Under the pieces are notes generated by a model. That model did no database searches. It worked only from the letters and a program-made list of their open reading frames with translations, and was not told the DNA's origin. This document shows positions 61,966 through 64,000 of a stretch of 64,000 nucleotides of DNA, one piece after another. The stretch covers positions 92,876,001 to 92,940,000 of the forward strand of contig CM126206.1 in assembly GCA_052327205.1 (NCBI GenBank), in the 5' to 3' direction. Position numbers and translations under genes: made by a program. The stretch is from Somniosus microcephalus. Its lineage: Eukaryota. Each line of letters starts with the position of its first letter. Positions within the stretch are counted from its first letter, which is position 1.

Positions 61966-62490
61966 ATGATGATAGAATTTTATGTTGAGTTTGAGAGCGA
62001 TTTAGTTAAGTCTGAAACTAGGGTCCTAAATCTGAACAAAGAAAAATACGTAGGTATGAGAGGCGAGTTGACTAAGGTGGATTGGGAAACTAGATTAAAA
62101 GATATGACAGTAGAACAGCAATGGCAAGCATTTTAAAAAATTCATAATTTGCAATGAATATACATTCCCTTAAGGAATAAAAACACCACGGGAAAAATGG
62201 TCCACCCGTGGCTAACAAGGGGAATTAAAGATAGTATTAGATTAAAGGAAGAGGCCTATAATGTTGCCAAAAATAGTAAGCCTGATTATTGGGAGGATTT
62301 TAGAATTCAGCAAAGGAGGACCAAGAAATTGATCAAGAACGGAAAATAGAATGAGAGTAAACTAGCAAGAGATATAAAAACAAAGTGTAAAAGCTTCTAT
62401 AGGTATATAAAAAGGAAAAGTTAGCAAAAGTAAACATGGGTTCCTTACAGGCTGAGACAGGAAAAATTATAATGGGGAATAAGGAAATAG
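61966..62490 (+). mobile_element. Decayed CR1 fragment, cut off at the Harbinger left end
   Basis: Homologous to 12445-12970 (ATAGAATTTTAT...ATAATGGGGAATAAGGAAAT). Confidence 0.85.
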
Positions 62491-62493
62491 TTT

Positions 62494-64000
62494 GGGCAGG
62501 ATTTTCATTGGGCCGTGGAGGCAGGATTAGAGGCGTGTGGAGGGTTAAAATTGCATAAACTGGCGGGCAGGCCCAAGCCCGCCTCCAAGCAATTTTAAAT
62601 AATGTGTCGAGTGGTCCCATCTCCGTCCCGACTCCAAGAGGTGGGATAGGCCGTTAAGGCCCTTAACAACCACTAAATTGGCTCTATAATGCCATTTTAA
62701 AAGGCCTTTGTGAGTTTAACCCTTTTCCCACGTGAAACACGCCTGTTCTGAAACACGATGGTGCAACCTGGCGGGAGCAAAGTGGATTGCTGACTATCAG
62801 CTGCAGCTCAAACATTAAAGAGGAGATTTGATCAGCCATCATTTGCAGGTGGCAGGACTTAGTTGGCTCAGGTCTGGGGAACTTTTAGAAGGCATAACCA
62901 CAGCTGTGGAAGTTTGGAGCCTGATACCAATCTCCAGTGTGACCTCCTGGGAAACCCCTCTCGCCATCTTCACTCAGCGCTTCCTCAGCTGAGGCATATA
63001 CAAGAAGCATGGGAGCCATTTATTTCCTTCCCTTCTGGGCATCAGATTTGGATGAAGACCAGCTGCAGCACCAGCAGAACCATGAACAACAGCAGCACCA
63101 ACATCAGCAGCAACAACAGGAGCGCCAAGCTGCTGCTCACCCACCTGAAGTTGCACAGGCCAGAAGGGGCCAGCGCATGGAAGCCCGTCGGCGCAGAAGA
63201 TACCCCCCAAACAGGGTTTACAGACACAGGGTCAGCTACATCAACATGTCTGAGCAGCAGTGCCAAAGGTGGCTCCGACATTCGCGAGAGGTAGTGGGTG
63301 ACATCTGCGCAATGCTGGAACACCACCTGCAGCCCAGAGGACAAGTTGGACAACCCTTAACAGTGGCCATCAAAGTCACCACCGCACTCAACTTTTTTGC
63401 CTCAGGCTCATTCCAGGGATCAGCAGCAGACATCAGCGGCATCTCCCAAGCGGCTGCACACACTTGCATCACGCAGGTAACTGATGCCCTCTTTGCCATC
63501 ACGCACAATCACATCCATTTCACCAAGGATCAAGCAAGTGTCACGGCGCATGCGGTTGGATTAGCTAATCTGGCAGGCTTTCCAAGGGTGCAGGGCGTCG
63601 TTGACTGCACACGTGGCCCTTAAGGCACCCCATCGCAATCCAGGTATTTTTGTCAACCGCAAGGGCTTCCACTCCCTTAACGTTCAGCTGGTGTGTGACC
63701 ACAAGAAGGAAATTTTGCATGTTTGTGCCAAATACCCTGGCAGTTTCCATGACTCCTTCATACTGCACCAGTCTAGTGTGCCTCCGCTCTTCAGTCCGCC
63801 AGACCAACTTAACGGATGGCTACTTGGAGACAAGTGCTATCCTCTGAGGGCGTGGCTAATGACGCCGTTGAGGAGGCCAGCCAACGAAGCTGAGGAGCAC
63901 TACAACTCCAGCCACATGTCCACCAGATCCATTATCGAGCAAACCATTGGTTTGTGGAAGATGCGCTTCAGATGCCTGGATAGATCAGGTGGAGCCCTGC
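62494..64000 (+). mobile_element. PIF/Harbinger DNA transposon, left end and transposase (runs off the window)
   Basis: Starts GGGCAGGATTTTCA at an abrupt CR1 junction and is followed by a HARBI1-like DDE transposase. Confidence 0.9.
63009..64000 (+). pseudogene. Harbinger (HARBI1-like, DDE_Tnp_4) transposase with a single frameshift at ~63610
   Basis: [23 protein letters not shown]. After restoring 2 nt the frame reads HVALKAP...[15 protein letters not shown]...[11 protein letters not shown]...[10 protein letters not shown]...[16 protein letters not shown], open to the window end. Confidence 0.92.

Noticed and set aside
63009-63623. Host HARBI1 gene
   Set aside because: It lies behind a transposon terminus inside an intron of another gene, is intronless, and is frameshifted.

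Overview
This is eukaryotic (vertebrate) genomic DNA, most likely from a cartilaginous fish, judging by its repeat complement (inference). It appears to lie entirely inside one minus-strand host gene, alpha-catulin (CTNNAL1). Seven consecutive coding exons (952 nt, all GT-AG, frame-compatible) were traced by hand between 58785 and 7520; both ends of the gene lie outside the window. Most of the intronic sequence I could interpret is transposable element. It includes a frameshifted Gypsy/Ty3 (Mag-like) LTR element with 5' LTR and PBS (1-3797), many CR1 LINE copies (two with long open RT frames, one nested pair), L2-like and RTE LINEs, and Penelope-like fragments carrying a minimal hammerhead ribozyme. 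It also includes several SINE families, two copies of a TA-targeting GC-rich MITE with a long internal hairpin, three ATT-flanked PIF/Harbinger-type MITEs, and a Harbinger transposase with one frameshift at the right edge. I found no prokaryotic features, CRISPR array, rRNA or tRNA gene, and no convincing wholly new biological system. The best leads are an RTE insertion with a twin-priming-type 5' inversion and 10-bp TSD, a host-sense hammerhead ribozyme, a MITE carrying three identical perfect splice donors plus a candidate poison exon, the palindromic MITE pair, and a MITE whose end matches the adjacent Harbinger. Family names come from motif recognition, not database searches, and the boundaries of old repeats are approximate.
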